Below are positions 1 to 9,672 of a DNA stretch of 51,728 nt, piece by piece. This DNA comes from Sulfurovum sp. Its GTDB lineage: Bacteria > Campylobacterota > Campylobacteria > Campylobacterales > Sulfurovaceae. Made by a program: the position numbers and the translations under genes. Every line of letters starts with the position of its first letter. The first letter of the stretch is position 1. The notes beneath the pieces were generated by a model. The model was not told where the DNA came from. It saw only the letters and a list, made by a program, of their open reading frames with translations, and did not search any database. Location of the stretch: NCBI GenBank assembly GCA_027081395.1, contig JALWKQ010000081.1, positions 1 to 51,728 of the forward strand, written 5' to 3'.

Positions 1-775
1 CGGCAAGCCACTGTATCTGAAACCATGCCGCACCGCTGTCACGCAGGTCGAAATAGTTTTTGAGACTTCGGATATTGAACGTCACGACCATATCTACCTT
101 CCAGTTGTCAGAGACGATATGCTTGAAAGCATCTCCGACATTCCGTTTTTTCTTGCCGCACTGCAGCGCTTCATAGAGTGCCTGTGCATTCCCTTTGTAG
201 GTTTCGACAAAAGGGAGCGAGGATTTCGCTACGGCATTTTGCAGAAATGTAGCATCTTTGTGATACTGAAGTGTTAACTTGTCATAAATCGCACGGATTT
301 CGATGGTCAGATAGGCTTTGTCTGTGATCACAAAAAGATCCATCTCCAAAAGTTTTTCAAGAAAGAAGGCAAAGCCATCTTCTGCCTCCATCGATGCGAC
401 AAACGCATTGATGACACCTGACATCGTATAGCGTGTGGAGCGTACTGAGATCGCCTGAAGCCTGTGTCTTGCGTGCTCCTGCAATACCCCTCTGGAGGTA
501 CCGCGGATAAGGTAGCTGAGTGTGGCATGTTCGATAATGGAGTGGTGGTGGTGTACCCATGCGAGGTTGGCGAGCAGATCGGATTTTTCGATCTTGTTGA
601 TCGCATCGGTATCGAGCTTCTCCATAGCGTGCTTGACACACTCGTTTTCAGAGTTTTCAAAGGAGTCATAGCAGGTACGCGCAGCGATCTCCGCAACACC
701 CAGCCCACTCTCCTGAAGCAGTGTTACTTTGGGTTTTTGGTAGGTGATATGGTACATCTCGACGGTTTCCATCAT
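1..775 (-). CDS. thyX: FAD-dependent thymidylate synthase ThyX (3' end runs off the window)
   Basis: Absent from the ORF track (no stop in window). Manual translation from ATG 775: MMETVEMYHITYQKPKVTLL...AARTCY...HSIIEH...SRGVLQEHARHRLQAISVRSTR...TFNIRSLKNYFDLR. Contains the ThyX RHRx7S motif. Confidence 0.9.
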   Translation of the reverse strand, partial: MMETVEMYHITYQKPKVTLLQESGLGVAEIAARTCYDSFENSENECVKHAMEKLDTDAINKIEKSDLLANLAWVHHHHSIIEHATLSYLIRGTSRGVLQEHARHRLQAISVRSTRYTMSGVINAFVASMEAEDGFAFFLEKLLEMDLFVITDKAYLTIEIRAIYDKLTLQYHKDATFLQNAVAKSSLPFVETYKGNAQALYEALQCGKKKRNVGDAFKHIVSDNWKVDMVVTFNIRSLKNYFDLRDSGAAWFQIQWLA

Positions 776-828
776 TTTCCCTTAAACAATTTTGATACAA
801 TTATATCAATTTTTATTAAAGGTACTAC

Positions 829-1935
829 GTGATGAGACCCAACGAACGCTTTTACGGATTTGAAGAGGATTTTCGTGATCCCTATGCAAGAGACAGAGAC
901 AGGGTACTGCACTGCAGCTCTTTTAGACGGCTGGAGTACAAAACACAGGTTTTTTTGAATCATGAAGGGGATTATTTCCGTACACGGCTGACCCATTCAC
1001 TCGAAGTTTCCCAGATCGCACGTACGCTTTCAAGACAGCTTTCGCTCAATGAGACACTCTCAGAGGTTATCGCCCTCTCCCATGATCTGGGGCATACCCC
1101 TTTTGGACATGTCGGCGGTGATGCGCTTGACAAACTGCTTAGGGAAGATGGACATCCGCTGGGGTTTGAGCACAATTTTCAATCTTTTCGGGTAGTGACG
1201 AGGCTGGAGAAGCGTTACAAGGATTTTGACGGGCTCAATCTGACATTCGCTACGCTTGAGGGGATACTCAAACACTCCTATCCCTACAAAAAACCGTTTT
1301 TGGAGGGTCTCGATCCGCGTTTTGCACTCGACAAACATCCCTCTTTGGAGGCGATGGTGGTCGATCATGCCGATGAGATCGCCTACACCTCCCATGATAT
1401 TGACGACGGGATCAAATATGGACTGATCAGCTTCGATGACCTAAGTGACGATGCGCTTAGTCAGCGTGTCGATGAGATGGTACGCCAAGAGGGGATAGCA
1501 CGTGAGGATAGTCTCTATCGTCACCGTTTTGTGGCGGGACTGATCAAACTGCTGGTAGAGGATTTTATTACTCACTCCAAAGAGGGTGCGGCACACTATC
1601 GCCAAGAGGAGCCGATCGCTGCGACACTGGATGCCTCGATGCCGTTGCCTGTCGGTTTTTCGAAGCAGACAGCTACAGAACTCAAGCGACTTAAAAAGCG
1701 TCTTTTTGAAAAATTGTACAGACATGAAAAGATCGTCAGAAAAATGTATGCGGGTAAGCAGTGTATCCAAAAGCTCTATGAGGCATTTACCGAAGATATC
1801 GATCTTCTTCCGCCTCCGCAAAAAGCACTTCTGGAGGTACGGAACAAAGAGCGAGTTGTAGCAGATTTCATCGCCGATATGACTGACCGCTATGCGATGA
1901 AGACCTACCATGAGATCTATGGACTTTCTCTCTGA
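829..1935 (+). CDS. dgt: dGTP triphosphohydrolase family HD protein
   Basis: RDRDRVLHCSSFRRLEYKTQVF, RTRLTHSLEV, HDLGHTPFGH, FEHNFQS, ADEIAY..HDIDD. Start GTG 829 or ATG 832. Confidence 0.92.
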   Translation: MMRPNERFYGFEEDFRDPYARDRDRVLHCSSFRRLEYKTQVFLNHEGDYFRTRLTHSLEVSQIARTLSRQLSLNETLSEVIALSHDLGHTPFGHVGGDALDKLLREDGHPLGFEHNFQSFRVVTRLEKRYKDFDGLNLTFATLEGILKHSYPYKKPFLEGLDPRFALDKHPSLEAMVVDHADEIAYTSHDIDDGIKYGLISFDDLSDDALSQRVDEMVRQEGIAREDSLYRHRFVAGLIKLLVEDFITHSKEGAAHYRQEEPIAATLDASMPLPVGFSKQTATELKRLKKRLFEKLYRHEKIVRKMYAGKQCIQKLYEAFTEDIDLLPPPQKALLEVRNKERVVADFIADMTDRYAMKTYHEIYGLSL

Positions 1936-2022
1936 AGTTGCCCTAAAATCTACTATATAGTAAGTTTTGGGTATAATGCGCCCAAATTACAAGTAGGGCA
2001 AAACCCGAATTTAGGATAGTGA

Positions 2023-3846
2023 ATGCAAAAGATCAAAAACATCGCCGTTATCGCACACGTTGACCACGGTAAGACCACACTGGTAGACCAGCTGCTTCAG
2101 CAGAGCGGAACCTTTGAAGCGCACCAAGAGGTGCAAGAGAGAGCGATGGACAGTAATGACATCGAGAAAGAGAGAGGGATCACGATCCTTTCGAAAAACA
2201 CAGCGATCACCTACGGCGATCACAAGATTAACATCATCGACACCCCGGGTCACGCCGATTTCGGCGGTGAGGTCGAGCGTGTACTCAAAATGGTTGACGG
2301 TGTATTGATGCTTGTTGATGCACAGGAAGGGGTCATGCCTCAGACCAAATTTGTTTTGAAAAAAGCGATCGAACTGGGGCTTATCCCTGTCGTTGTTATC
2401 AACAAGATCGACAAAGACGGTGCAGAGCCTGACCGTGTTCTCGATGAAGTTTTTGACCTGCTGGTAGCACTCGATGCCAACGAAGAGCAGCTTGAATTCC
2501 CTGTGCTCTATGCTGCCGCGCGTGACGGGTATGCCAAGTGGAATCTTGAAGATGAAAACAAGGATATGACACCGCTCTTTGAAGCGATCCTTGAGAAAGT
2601 ACCCTACCCTGAAGGTTCACCGGATAATGATACACAGGCACAGGTCTTTACCCTGGACAATGACAACTTTGTCGGGCGTATCGGTATCACACGTATCTTC
2701 AACGGCAAGGTCAAAAAAGGCGATGAGTATGTGCTTGTCAAAGCAAGCGGCGAAAAAACCAAAAGCCGTGTGAGCAAACTGATCGGATTTAAAGGGCTTG
2801 AGAGAATGGAGATCGATGAAGCGGAAGCAGGCGATATCGTAGCGATCGCAGGGTTTGCCGATATCGATGTAGGAGACTCTATCTGTGATCCGCAAAATCC
2901 TGTGCCGCTCGATCCGATGCATGTCGAAGAGCCTACCCTCTCTGTCATCATGTCGGTTAACGACGGACCGCTGGCAGGTACCGAAGGGAAGCATGTCACC
3001 TCCAACAAGATCAGAGAGAGACTCGAAAAAGAGATGGAGACCAATATCGCGATGCGCATGGAGCCTCTGGGAGATGCATCTTTCAAGGTATCAGGACGTG
3101 GAGAGCTGCAGATCGGTATCCTCGCGGAGAATATGCGACGTGAGGGCTTTGAGTTCCTTCTGGCACGTCCCGAAGTCGTGGTCAAAGAGGAGAACGGTGT
3201 CAAGATGGAGCCGTTTGAGCATCTGGTCGTTGATGTACCCGAAGAGTTTCAGGGGGTAGCGATCGAAAAGCTCGGTAAACGTAAGGCAGAGATGACCTCT
3301 CTGACCCCGATGCCTGACGGCACCGTGCGTATCGAGTTTGAGATCCCTGCACGTGGATTGATCGGCTTTAGATCGGAGTTTTTGACCGATACCAAAGGGG
3401 AAGGGATCATGAACCACTCCTTTATCGAGTACAGACCCTATTCAGGAACAGTAGTCAGCCGTACACCGGGTGCACTTGTCTCTATGGATGACGGTGAGGC
3501 AGTTGCCTTCTCTATCTTCAATCTTCAGGCACGCGGTACGCTCTTTATCAAGCCGCAGGACAAGGTCTACAGCGGTATGGTCATCGGCGAGAGCAGTAGA
3601 CCGGGAGACCTCGATGTCAACCCGCTCAAAGGCAAGCAACTGACCAACATGCGTACAAGCGGCGCAGATGATGCGATCAAGCTTGTCCCACCGCGCGAGA
3701 TCACACTTGAGTCGGCGATGGAGTGGATCGAGGATGATGAGCTTATCGAGGTAACCCCCGAGAGTATCCGCATCCGCAAAAGACATCTCGATCCGACAAT
3801 CAGAAAGAGAATGGCAAGAGACAAGAAAAATCTTGAGAAGTCGTAA
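2023..3846 (+). CDS. typA: translational GTPase TypA/BipA
   Basis: [60 protein letters not shown]. Confidence 0.97.
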   Translation: MQKIKNIAVIAHVDHGKTTLVDQLLQQSGTFEAHQEVQERAMDSNDIEKERGITILSKNTAITYGDHKINIIDTPGHADFGGEVERVLKMVDGVLMLVDAQEGVMPQTKFVLKKAIELGLIPVVVINKIDKDGAEPDRVLDEVFDLLVALDANEEQLEFPVLYAAARDGYAKWNLEDENKDMTPLFEAILEKVPYPEGSPDNDTQAQVFTLDNDNFVGRIGITRIFNGKVKKGDEYVLVKASGEKTKSRVSKLIGFKGLERMEIDEAEAGDIVAIAGFADIDVGDSICDPQNPVPLDPMHVEEPTLSVIMSVNDGPLAGTEGKHVTSNKIRERLEKEMETNIAMRMEPLGDASFKVSGRGELQIGILAENMRREGFEFLLARPEVVVKEENGVKMEPFEHLVVDVPEEFQGVAIEKLGKRKAEMTSLTPMPDGTVRIEFEIPARGLIGFRSEFLTDTKGEGIMNHSFIEYRPYSGTVVSRTPGALVSMDDGEAVAFSIFNLQARGTLFIKPQDKVYSGMVIGESSRPGDLDVNPLKGKQLTNMRTSGADDAIKLVPPREITLESAMEWIEDDELIEVTPESIRIRKRHLDPTIRKRMARDKKNLEKS

Positions 3847-3870
3847 GAGGATATTTTTTATTATTTTAAT

Positions 3871-3899
3871 TTGGTCGAGCTCTTTTCTGCCTCGACCAA
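3871..3899. terminator. hairpin between convergent typA and the 78-aa ORF (terminator or REP-like)
   Basis: TTGGTCGAG-N11-CTCGACCAA, perfect 9-bp stem. Confidence 0.5.
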
Positions 3900-3928
3900 C
3901 AACATCTTTTTAGTGAAGTCAGAGTTCT

Positions 3929-4165
3929 TTATGTATTTTGAAGAGAGTCATAAATTTTCAAACCTTCTTTTTGGAGCAGAATACCACTTATTCCAAGTAC
4001 CGTAAATGACAAGCAAGTTGCTATAAATCCCTCAAATATGCCATATTTTAGAAATATAGCAATAGGGATCATAAATGCGGCATAGTAAAATTTTTCACCC
4101 ATATTTATAAGTGTATCAGCATGTTTTTGCTTTGTTTTATCGTGACGCCATTGTTTATAAGACAT
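3929..4165 (-). CDS. small hypothetical membrane protein (78 aa, about 2 TM)
   Basis: AGGAG Shine-Dalgarno (complement of 4171-4175) before the ATG; two hydrophobic segments. Confidence 0.65.
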   Translation of the reverse strand: MSYKQWRHDKTKQKHADTLINMGEKFYYAAFMIPIAIFLKYGIFEGFIATCLSFTVLGISGILLQKEGLKIYDSLQNT

Positions 4166-4476
4166 TGAATCTCCTTGAATTGTTAAATTTATAAGTTTAA
4201 TTGCAACCTATAGCTTTAAGTATATTAATTTTTTTGAAATAAAATTAAAGATATGTCATATTGTCATATTTATGCTATCCATACATACATACATATGTAG
4301 TTGCCCTCATCTCCATTATTTAGTGCTAATTGAATCTTTCCCTATCCCCTATGACATTTAGTGTTTCGTCTAAAAACAGATTTAATATTATGTATAAGCA
4401 TAAGATAAAATTTGACAAAAAATTTATATTTTAGGTATCATTAAAGTATTTAAAACTTAATAAGCAAGGGAAAAGA

Positions 4477-6198
4477 GTGTTAAGTAAAAAAATATTAAAG
4501 GGAGGGGCAATAATATTTTTGTCCCTATTTATGGTAGGTTGTCAAGAAATTATTGAAACAAGTAAAGTTACACAAGAGAAGGCAGGAAATGAGCTTGCTC
4601 TTGTGCAAGTAACAGCTTCTAATAAGCACCAAGCAAAGAAGATTTCAAAACATTTTTCAAGTGTAGATGTTTGTAGTGATATATACTGTTTTAGAGCCAA
4701 TATTATTAAAAACCCTAAAAATGATGTAATTGCAAATATAGCAGTATCTTATTTTGGTGATACGATAAAGTACATTAGATATGTCAATAAGCATCATCAT
4801 AAAGCACCTACTCCACCTATTCCTCTGTCTGATGAATATAATTTAACTAAAGGAACACCTTATAAGCTTTATCTGGGTCAACACTTAAAACCAGTATTGT
4901 TAACTATTTTTTCTCCAGCAGATAAGCCTTATCTTTATAATCCAAATAAAAAGCTTAAGATAAAATTAGAGGATGGGTTTAAATTGATTGTTCCTAGAAA
5001 AACATTTAGTGAGTATTTGACTCTTAATGTTTCTTCAACACTAAATCCATCCAATATAGCTTCATCCTATTATATAGGTTTGGCAAAAGACGGAATAAGT
5101 CCACAAAAAAATATGACAGCATATATTCCATTAAATGATACTAATTTAACAAGTGAAGAGATCAAATCTAAGTATGAACCTTCGATGAAAAATAAAGCTT
5201 TAGCTTTTGATGTAATAGAAAAAAATGATAAGCTATTTATGAAGGCAACAATTTCTGAATTTGGCTATTTGAGTGTAAAGAAAAAAGAATCTAAAACACT
5301 CAAGGTATTACAAAAAAATGTTACGAGCAAATCTTTATTGGGAGGACTGTTTGGTGATGATTTATCAGCATGTTTATCGCAAATAAAGCTATTAAAAACA
5401 ACTTTGGTGAAAGAAACAGAGACAAAAGGGTATGCCGAATTTAATAATTGTGCATATATAAAGCCATATCTTTATATGGTAAGTTTAAATATTAATAGTG
5501 ATTATAATGAGGTTGTACCCAAAGCACTTTCTAAAACAATGAAAATTGGTTTATCATTTGCTGAAGATAATAAACAACTTAAGACCATAGAAAAACATGC
5601 TTTTGATAATGGTGCTAAGGTAGCTATTAATGGGGGACAGTGGGATGGCGACTTGGGAACTCGATATATGTTTGATTGGAGTAAAGGAGGTTTTGTTGAT
5701 AATATAGCGTATGGAATACCAAAAGGCAGAACGATATATAGAAACGAAACCCTAGATTTTCATCCATTAGGTTTATCTACGAGGTCTTCTTTGGGTATGA
5801 AAAGTTCTGGAAATGGAGCAAAGTTATTTAAATTATTAGAAGCAACACCAGCTTCTCCCTACCTATATAATCTTTATAGTTCTGATAATTATGTATTGTA
5901 TAATGGTCAATGTAATACATCAGATAATACAAATAGTAGAAGTGCTGTAGGTATTAAAGATGGCAAAGTTCTTTTTGTTTCCTCAAATCATGATTATGCA
6001 GGAACAAGTACATCTGAATTATGTGAGATATTTAAAGCATTGGGGTATGAGAATGCCATATTGAATGATGGAGGGTCATCTTCATCTATGTATATTGATG
6101 GTATTCTTGTTAATCCTTTGATGGGGTCAGATAGGATTGTAATTGGAGGAACATCTAGACAAATCCTTTACAGCATTACAGCAAAAATATCTAAATAA
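4477..6198 (+). CDS. putative lipoprotein with C-terminal phosphodiester glycosidase (NAGPA/DUF2233-like) domain
   Basis: Signal peptide ending in lipobox-like FMVG-C; C-terminal AINGG, SRSAVGI, ELCEIFKALGYENAILNDGGSSSSM resemble NAGPA-family motifs (AiNGG, pRtAiG, A.nLDGGGS). Confidence 0.75.
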   Translation: MLSKKILKGGAIIFLSLFMVGCQEIIETSKVTQEKAGNELALVQVTASNKHQAKKISKHFSSVDVCSDIYCFRANIIKNPKNDVIANIAVSYFGDTIKYIRYVNKHHHKAPTPPIPLSDEYNLTKGTPYKLYLGQHLKPVLLTIFSPADKPYLYNPNKKLKIKLEDGFKLIVPRKTFSEYLTLNVSSTLNPSNIASSYYIGLAKDGISPQKNMTAYIPLNDTNLTSEEIKSKYEPSMKNKALAFDVIEKNDKLFMKATISEFGYLSVKKKESKTLKVLQKNVTSKSLLGGLFGDDLSACLSQIKLLKTTLVKETETKGYAEFNNCAYIKPYLYMVSLNINSDYNEVVPKALSKTMKIGLSFAEDNKQLKTIEKHAFDNGAKVAINGGQWDGDLGTRYMFDWSKGGFVDNIAYGIPKGRTIYRNETLDFHPLGLSTRSSLGMKSSGNGAKLFKLLEATPASPYLYNLYSSDNYVLYNGQCNTSDNTNSRSAVGIKDGKVLFVSSNHDYAGTSTSELCEIFKALGYENAILNDGGSSSSMYIDGILVNPLMGSDRIVIGGTSRQILYSITAKISK

Positions 6199-6617
6199 TG
6201 CAAGAATTTAAAAATATATTAAAAAAGAACATACTTAAATATTTTCTTCTTGCATTGCTGTCTACCATATTGAGTTATATGTATATTAGATATGGATGGG
6301 CAAGTCTTCCTTGCACTCAAGATATGTGTTCAATTGAATGGGATATAATTTCTTGGGATTTTAGACGAGGTATACAACAGTATCCTGTTTTGTCAGCAGG
6401 ACTGCCAATACCCTATGCATTTAGTTCTGAACCATTTAGTACAATGGATATTGTTGATGATTATTATATATGGAGTATTTTTTTTCTTGATATTTTTCTT
6501 TGGATGTTAATATTCACAACAATAAGATATTTTAGAGAAAAATGCCAAGGAGACAAGCTTAAAAAGCCTGATGAGGAGCTACCCTCATCCCCGTCACCCA
6601 AGCCCAATGAAAATTAA
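6198..6617 (+). CDS. hypothetical membrane protein (2 TM), translationally coupled to the lipoprotein
   Basis: TAATG stop/start overlap at 6196-6200; hydrophobic N-terminal and C-proximal segments. The last 59 nt overlap the convergent gene. Confidence 0.7.
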   Translation: MQEFKNILKKNILKYFLLALLSTILSYMYIRYGWASLPCTQDMCSIEWDIISWDFRRGIQQYPVLSAGLPIPYAFSSEPFSTMDIVDDYYIWSIFFLDIFLWMLIFTTIRYFREKCQGDKLKKPDEELPSSPSPKPNEN

Positions 6618-7782
6618 ACCCTCCCCTGTCGCCGTCGACATCGAGTATCTCACCTGCGAAGTAGAGACCCGGAGTGATCTTTGATGCCATGGTTTGGGGG
6701 GCTATCTCTACGGTATTGACACCGCCTGTGGCAACTTCTGCACCTTTAAAGCCTCTTGTATCGTTGATGCTGAGTTTGAGGTTTTTGATAGCGTGTACAA
6801 GTTTGTTTATCTCTTTTCTGTTTAGCTCTTTTTCTAGCTTCACCCTGCTCTTTGACTGTTCCAAAATGATATCGATGAGCTTTTTGTTGAGCATACCGTG
6901 CAGCCATAACCCTATGGGTTTTTCACTCTCTTTTTGTACTCTATCGAGTAGCAGGTTTGTAAGCTTTTCTTTGCTGTATTCGGGCATAAGGTCAAGGCGG
7001 AGTTCACAGTAGTCAAAGTTGGATAGTCTGATGCTTGCCTCACGGCTAAGATCAAGTATGGCAAGTCCGGATATGCCGTAGTTGGTGAAGAGTATATCAC
7101 CCTTTTTTTCTGTAATGTATTCGCCATTGGCATAAAGCCTGGCAATACCGGCTACTTTTACCCCTGCACACCTTTTGACCCAACTCTCTTCAGAACAGAG
7201 CTGTACAAGAGCAGGATGGCGGGGCACAAGCGTATGCCCCAACTTTGTTGCAAAGGCATACCCAGCGTTAGAGCCTCCCAGCTGCGGTGCAGCAGGAGAG
7301 CCCGAAGTAAGTACAAGTTGGGCAGCGTTTTTCGTGCCCTGAGTGGTTTCCAGCTTGAAGGTATCACCTTCTTTGTCTACGCTTGTGACGGTACAGTCAC
7401 AGACTATCTCTACCCCCGCTCTCTTTGCTTCATACTCAAGAAGCTCTGCGACTGAGGAAGCTTGCAAGGACATAGGAAACATTTTCCCCTCCTTGCCTTC
7501 TACCAGCGGCAGTCCCAAGGAAGAGAAGAAGCGCTCTACAACAGGAAAATCGTATCCTTTGAGCACCTGCCTGACAAAGTCAGGGTTTTGCGAATGAAAA
7601 CGGCTCGGATCGATATGGCGATTGCCGATGTTGCATTTGCCGTTGCCTGATACGAGGATCTTCTTGCCCACACGACTGTTTTGTTCGAGCAGGGTTACCT
7701 GCTGCCCTGCCCTTGCCAAATTGATAGCGGCACAGAGTCCTGCTGCGCCTGCACCGATGATTATCCACTCTTTATTTTTCAT
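6559..7782 (-). CDS. HI0933/YhiN(BaiN)-family NAD(P)/FAD-dependent oxidoreductase
   Basis: IIGAGAAGL, GKKILVSGNGKCN, ATGGV, GLYFAGEILDVDGDRGGFNFHWAW. Confidence 0.92.
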   Translation of the reverse strand: MKNKEWIIIGAGAAGLCAAINLARAGQQVTLLEQNSRVGKKILVSGNGKCNIGNRHIDPSRFHSQNPDFVRQVLKGYDFPVVERFFSSLGLPLVEGKEGKMFPMSLQASSVAELLEYEAKRAGVEIVCDCTVTSVDKEGDTFKLETTQGTKNAAQLVLTSGSPAAPQLGGSNAGYAFATKLGHTLVPRHPALVQLCSEESWVKRCAGVKVAGIARLYANGEYITEKKGDILFTNYGISGLAILDLSREASIRLSNFDYCELRLDLMPEYSKEKLTNLLLDRVQKESEKPIGLWLHGMLNKKLIDIILEQSKSRVKLEKELNRKEINKLVHAIKNLKLSINDTRGFKGAEVATGGVNTVEIAPQTMASKITPGLYFAGEILDVDGDRGGFNFHWAWVTGMRVAPHQAF

Positions 7783-7827
7783 AAGGTATTATAGCCACAC
7801 TATATAGTGAAAACCAAAGGAGTCAGG

Positions 7828-8142
7828 ATGTCAGCATTAGTAGAGTTCAGTATGTTTCCTACCGAACAGACCCAGAGCAAGAGCGCTTTTGTTGCACGGG
7901 TACTTGATATCGTCGACAAAAGCGGACTTCCCTACCAGCTTACCCCTATGGGTACGATCATCGAGGGTGAGAGTGTAGAGCAGGTGCTTGCTGTGATCAA
8001 CCGTGCCTACGAAGAGTTGCAAAAAGATTGCGGACGTGTCTACAGTTCTATCAAGATCGACTGGAGAGAAGGACCTGTAGGCAGACTCAACAACAAAACC
8101 GCCTCAGTCGAAGCGAAGCTCGGGCGAAAGCTTCGCACATAG
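7828..8142 (+). CDS. MTH1187/YkoF-family thiamine-binding protein
   Basis: VEFSMFP, SGLPYQLTPMGTIIEG, RVYSSIKID; AAGGAG SD before ATG 7828. Confidence 0.85.
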   Translation: MSALVEFSMFPTEQTQSKSAFVARVLDIVDKSGLPYQLTPMGTIIEGESVEQVLAVINRAYEELQKDCGRVYSSIKIDWREGPVGRLNNKTASVEAKLGRKLRT

Positions 8143-8333
8143 AGCGACCAGTCGCGAGAGCTCTCCGCTGAGGAGAACACAGCGTTAGCGCAGCAATGAC
8201 GGGCTTAGCTCGGCATGCGTCCTGTCAATAAAAAAGCTTCGCACATAGAGCGACCAGTCGCGAGAGCCCTCTGCTGAAGAGAACACAGCGTTAGCGTAGC
8301 GATGACGGGCTTTGCTTGGTATGCGTCCTTTCA
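8127..8333. repeat. two imperfect ~101-bp direct repeats (period 106 bp)
   Basis: Copies at 8127-8227 and 8233-8333, both beginning AAAGCTTCGCACATAGAGCGACCAGTCGCGAGAGC. Confidence 0.95.
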
Positions 8334-8384
8334 GATAGAAGTTAAGTTTGGCTATAATAAGGCAATTTTTTACAAGGAATTTCT

Positions 8385-8624
8385 ATGTTGTGTGCAGAGA
8401 GAATGCAGCGGATCATTCAGGCGATCATTCTCGGAATCGTGATGGGATTGGCGGCAAGCGGAATGAGCGGAGACAAAGGGATGCTGCAGTTGGCATTCCT
8501 CCTGCAGTTTGGAATGATGGTGATGCTGTTCATTGCAGGTTTTACAGGGTGGTGTCCAGGATTGATCACACTCAAAAAGGTTTTTCCTTCATGTGACGAA
8601 ACCAATAACAGGAGCCAGAACTAA
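8385..8624 (+). CDS. small membrane protein, DUF2892/YgaP-like
   Basis: ERMQRIIQAIILG, two TM segments, GFTGWCP motif; AAGGA SD; coupled to purM (TAATG). Confidence 0.7.
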   Translation: MLCAERMQRIIQAIILGIVMGLAASGMSGDKGMLQLAFLLQFGMMVMLFIAGFTGWCPGLITLKKVFPSCDETNNRSQN

Positions 8625-9619
8625 TGTCAGATATTTCCTATAAAGATGCCGGTGTCGATATCGATGCGGGCAATGCCTTTGTCGAAGCGATCAAAGAGGA
8701 TGTCAAGTCCACTTTTGACGAAAATGTGATCGGCGGGATCGGTTCTTTTGCCGGTGCCTATGCACTGCCCAGCGGCTACAAAGAGCCTGTGATTCTCTCT
8801 GCGACAGATGGTGTCGGAACCAAGCTCAAGATCGCAATAGAGAGCGGCAAGCTCGATACGGTAGGGATCGATCTTGTTGCGATGTGTGTCAATGACCTCA
8901 TCTGTAACAACGGCGTACCGATGTTCTTCCTCGACTACTATGCCACAGGCAAACTCCTGCCTCAGAATGCCAAAGATGTCGTCGCAGGGATCGCAGAGGG
9001 ATGCCGCAGAAGCGAGTGTGCCCTTGTCGGTGGTGAGACTGCCGAAATGCCCGGCATGTATAGTGAAGATGACTTTGACCTTGCAGGTTTTGCAGTAGGT
9101 ATCGCGGAACGCAGCGAGATGGATACTGTCTCCAATGTCAGAGCGGGACAGGTCTTGATCGCTATGCCAAGTTCAGGGGTACACTCCAATGGCTATTCGT
9201 TGGTGCGTAAGCTCTTCTTTGACAAACTCGGCATGGGTCTGGAGACAGAGTTCGAGGGCAAGCCGCTGCTGGAGACACTGCTGGAGCCTACCCGTATCTA
9301 TGTCAAAGAGTATAAAGCCAACAAGCCCTATATCAAGGCACTCGCACATATTACAGGCGGCGGTATCGTAGAGAATCTGCCGCGTGTACTCCCAGAGGGT
9401 ATCCGTGCAGTGGTTAAAAAAGAGGATATCAAAGTCCTCCCTATTTTTGAGTTTATGAGCCAATATGTTGCCGAAGATGAGATGTACAGGGCATTCAATA
9501 TGGGTGTCGGAATGGTATGGGTCGTAGAGCCCGAAGATGTCGATACGGTACTTGCCAATACCGACGGCTATGTGATCGGTGAATTGGTCGAAGGTGAAAA
9601 GGGTGTCGATCTGATCTGA
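8624..9619 (+). CDS. purM: phosphoribosylformylglycinamidine cyclo-ligase (AIR synthetase)
   Basis: SYKDAGVDIDAGN, TDGVGTK, DLVAMCVND, GGETAEMPG, HSNGYSLVRK, HITGGG, FNMGVGM. Confidence 0.97.
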   Translation: MSDISYKDAGVDIDAGNAFVEAIKEDVKSTFDENVIGGIGSFAGAYALPSGYKEPVILSATDGVGTKLKIAIESGKLDTVGIDLVAMCVNDLICNNGVPMFFLDYYATGKLLPQNAKDVVAGIAEGCRRSECALVGGETAEMPGMYSEDDFDLAGFAVGIAERSEMDTVSNVRAGQVLIAMPSSGVHSNGYSLVRKLFFDKLGMGLETEFEGKPLLETLLEPTRIYVKEYKANKPYIKALAHITGGGIVENLPRVLPEGIRAVVKKEDIKVLPIFEFMSQYVAEDEMYRAFNMGVGMVWVVEPEDVDTVLANTDGYVIGELVEGEKGVDLI

Positions 9620-9646
9620 TCCCCCTTCTCTCTTTTTCACACCGCT

Positions 9647-9668
9647 TGCCGGCAGGCTTCTGCCGGCA
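9647..9668. terminator. hairpin between convergent purM and the symporter gene
   Basis: TGCCGGCAG-GCTT-CTGCCGGCA followed by T-rich sequence. Confidence 0.65.
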
Positions 9669-9672
9669 CTTT

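Larger units (their letters stand above)
3850..6560. other. AT-rich, probably horizontally acquired islet (3 ORFs)
   Basis: Abrupt visible switch to AT-rich sequence and A/T-ending codons between typA and the HI0933-family gene. No mobility gene. Boundaries approximate. Confidence 0.75.

Noticed and set aside
1939-2001. Inverted repeat TTGCCCTA...TAGGGCAA around the typA promoter
   Set aside because: Only 8 bp with a long spacer and a single occurrence; not enough to call an operator or element.
4254-4269. TGTCATAT direct repeat as a Pho box upstream of the islet genes
   Set aside because: Spacing is 8 bp rather than the 11 bp of PhoB-type boxes, and AT-rich context makes chance likely.
8127-8333. 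Possible mini-CRISPR (also considered for 31863-32074 and 50579-50817)
   Set aside because: Only 2-3 units, no regular repeat-spacer periodicity with unique spacers, and no cas genes in the window.
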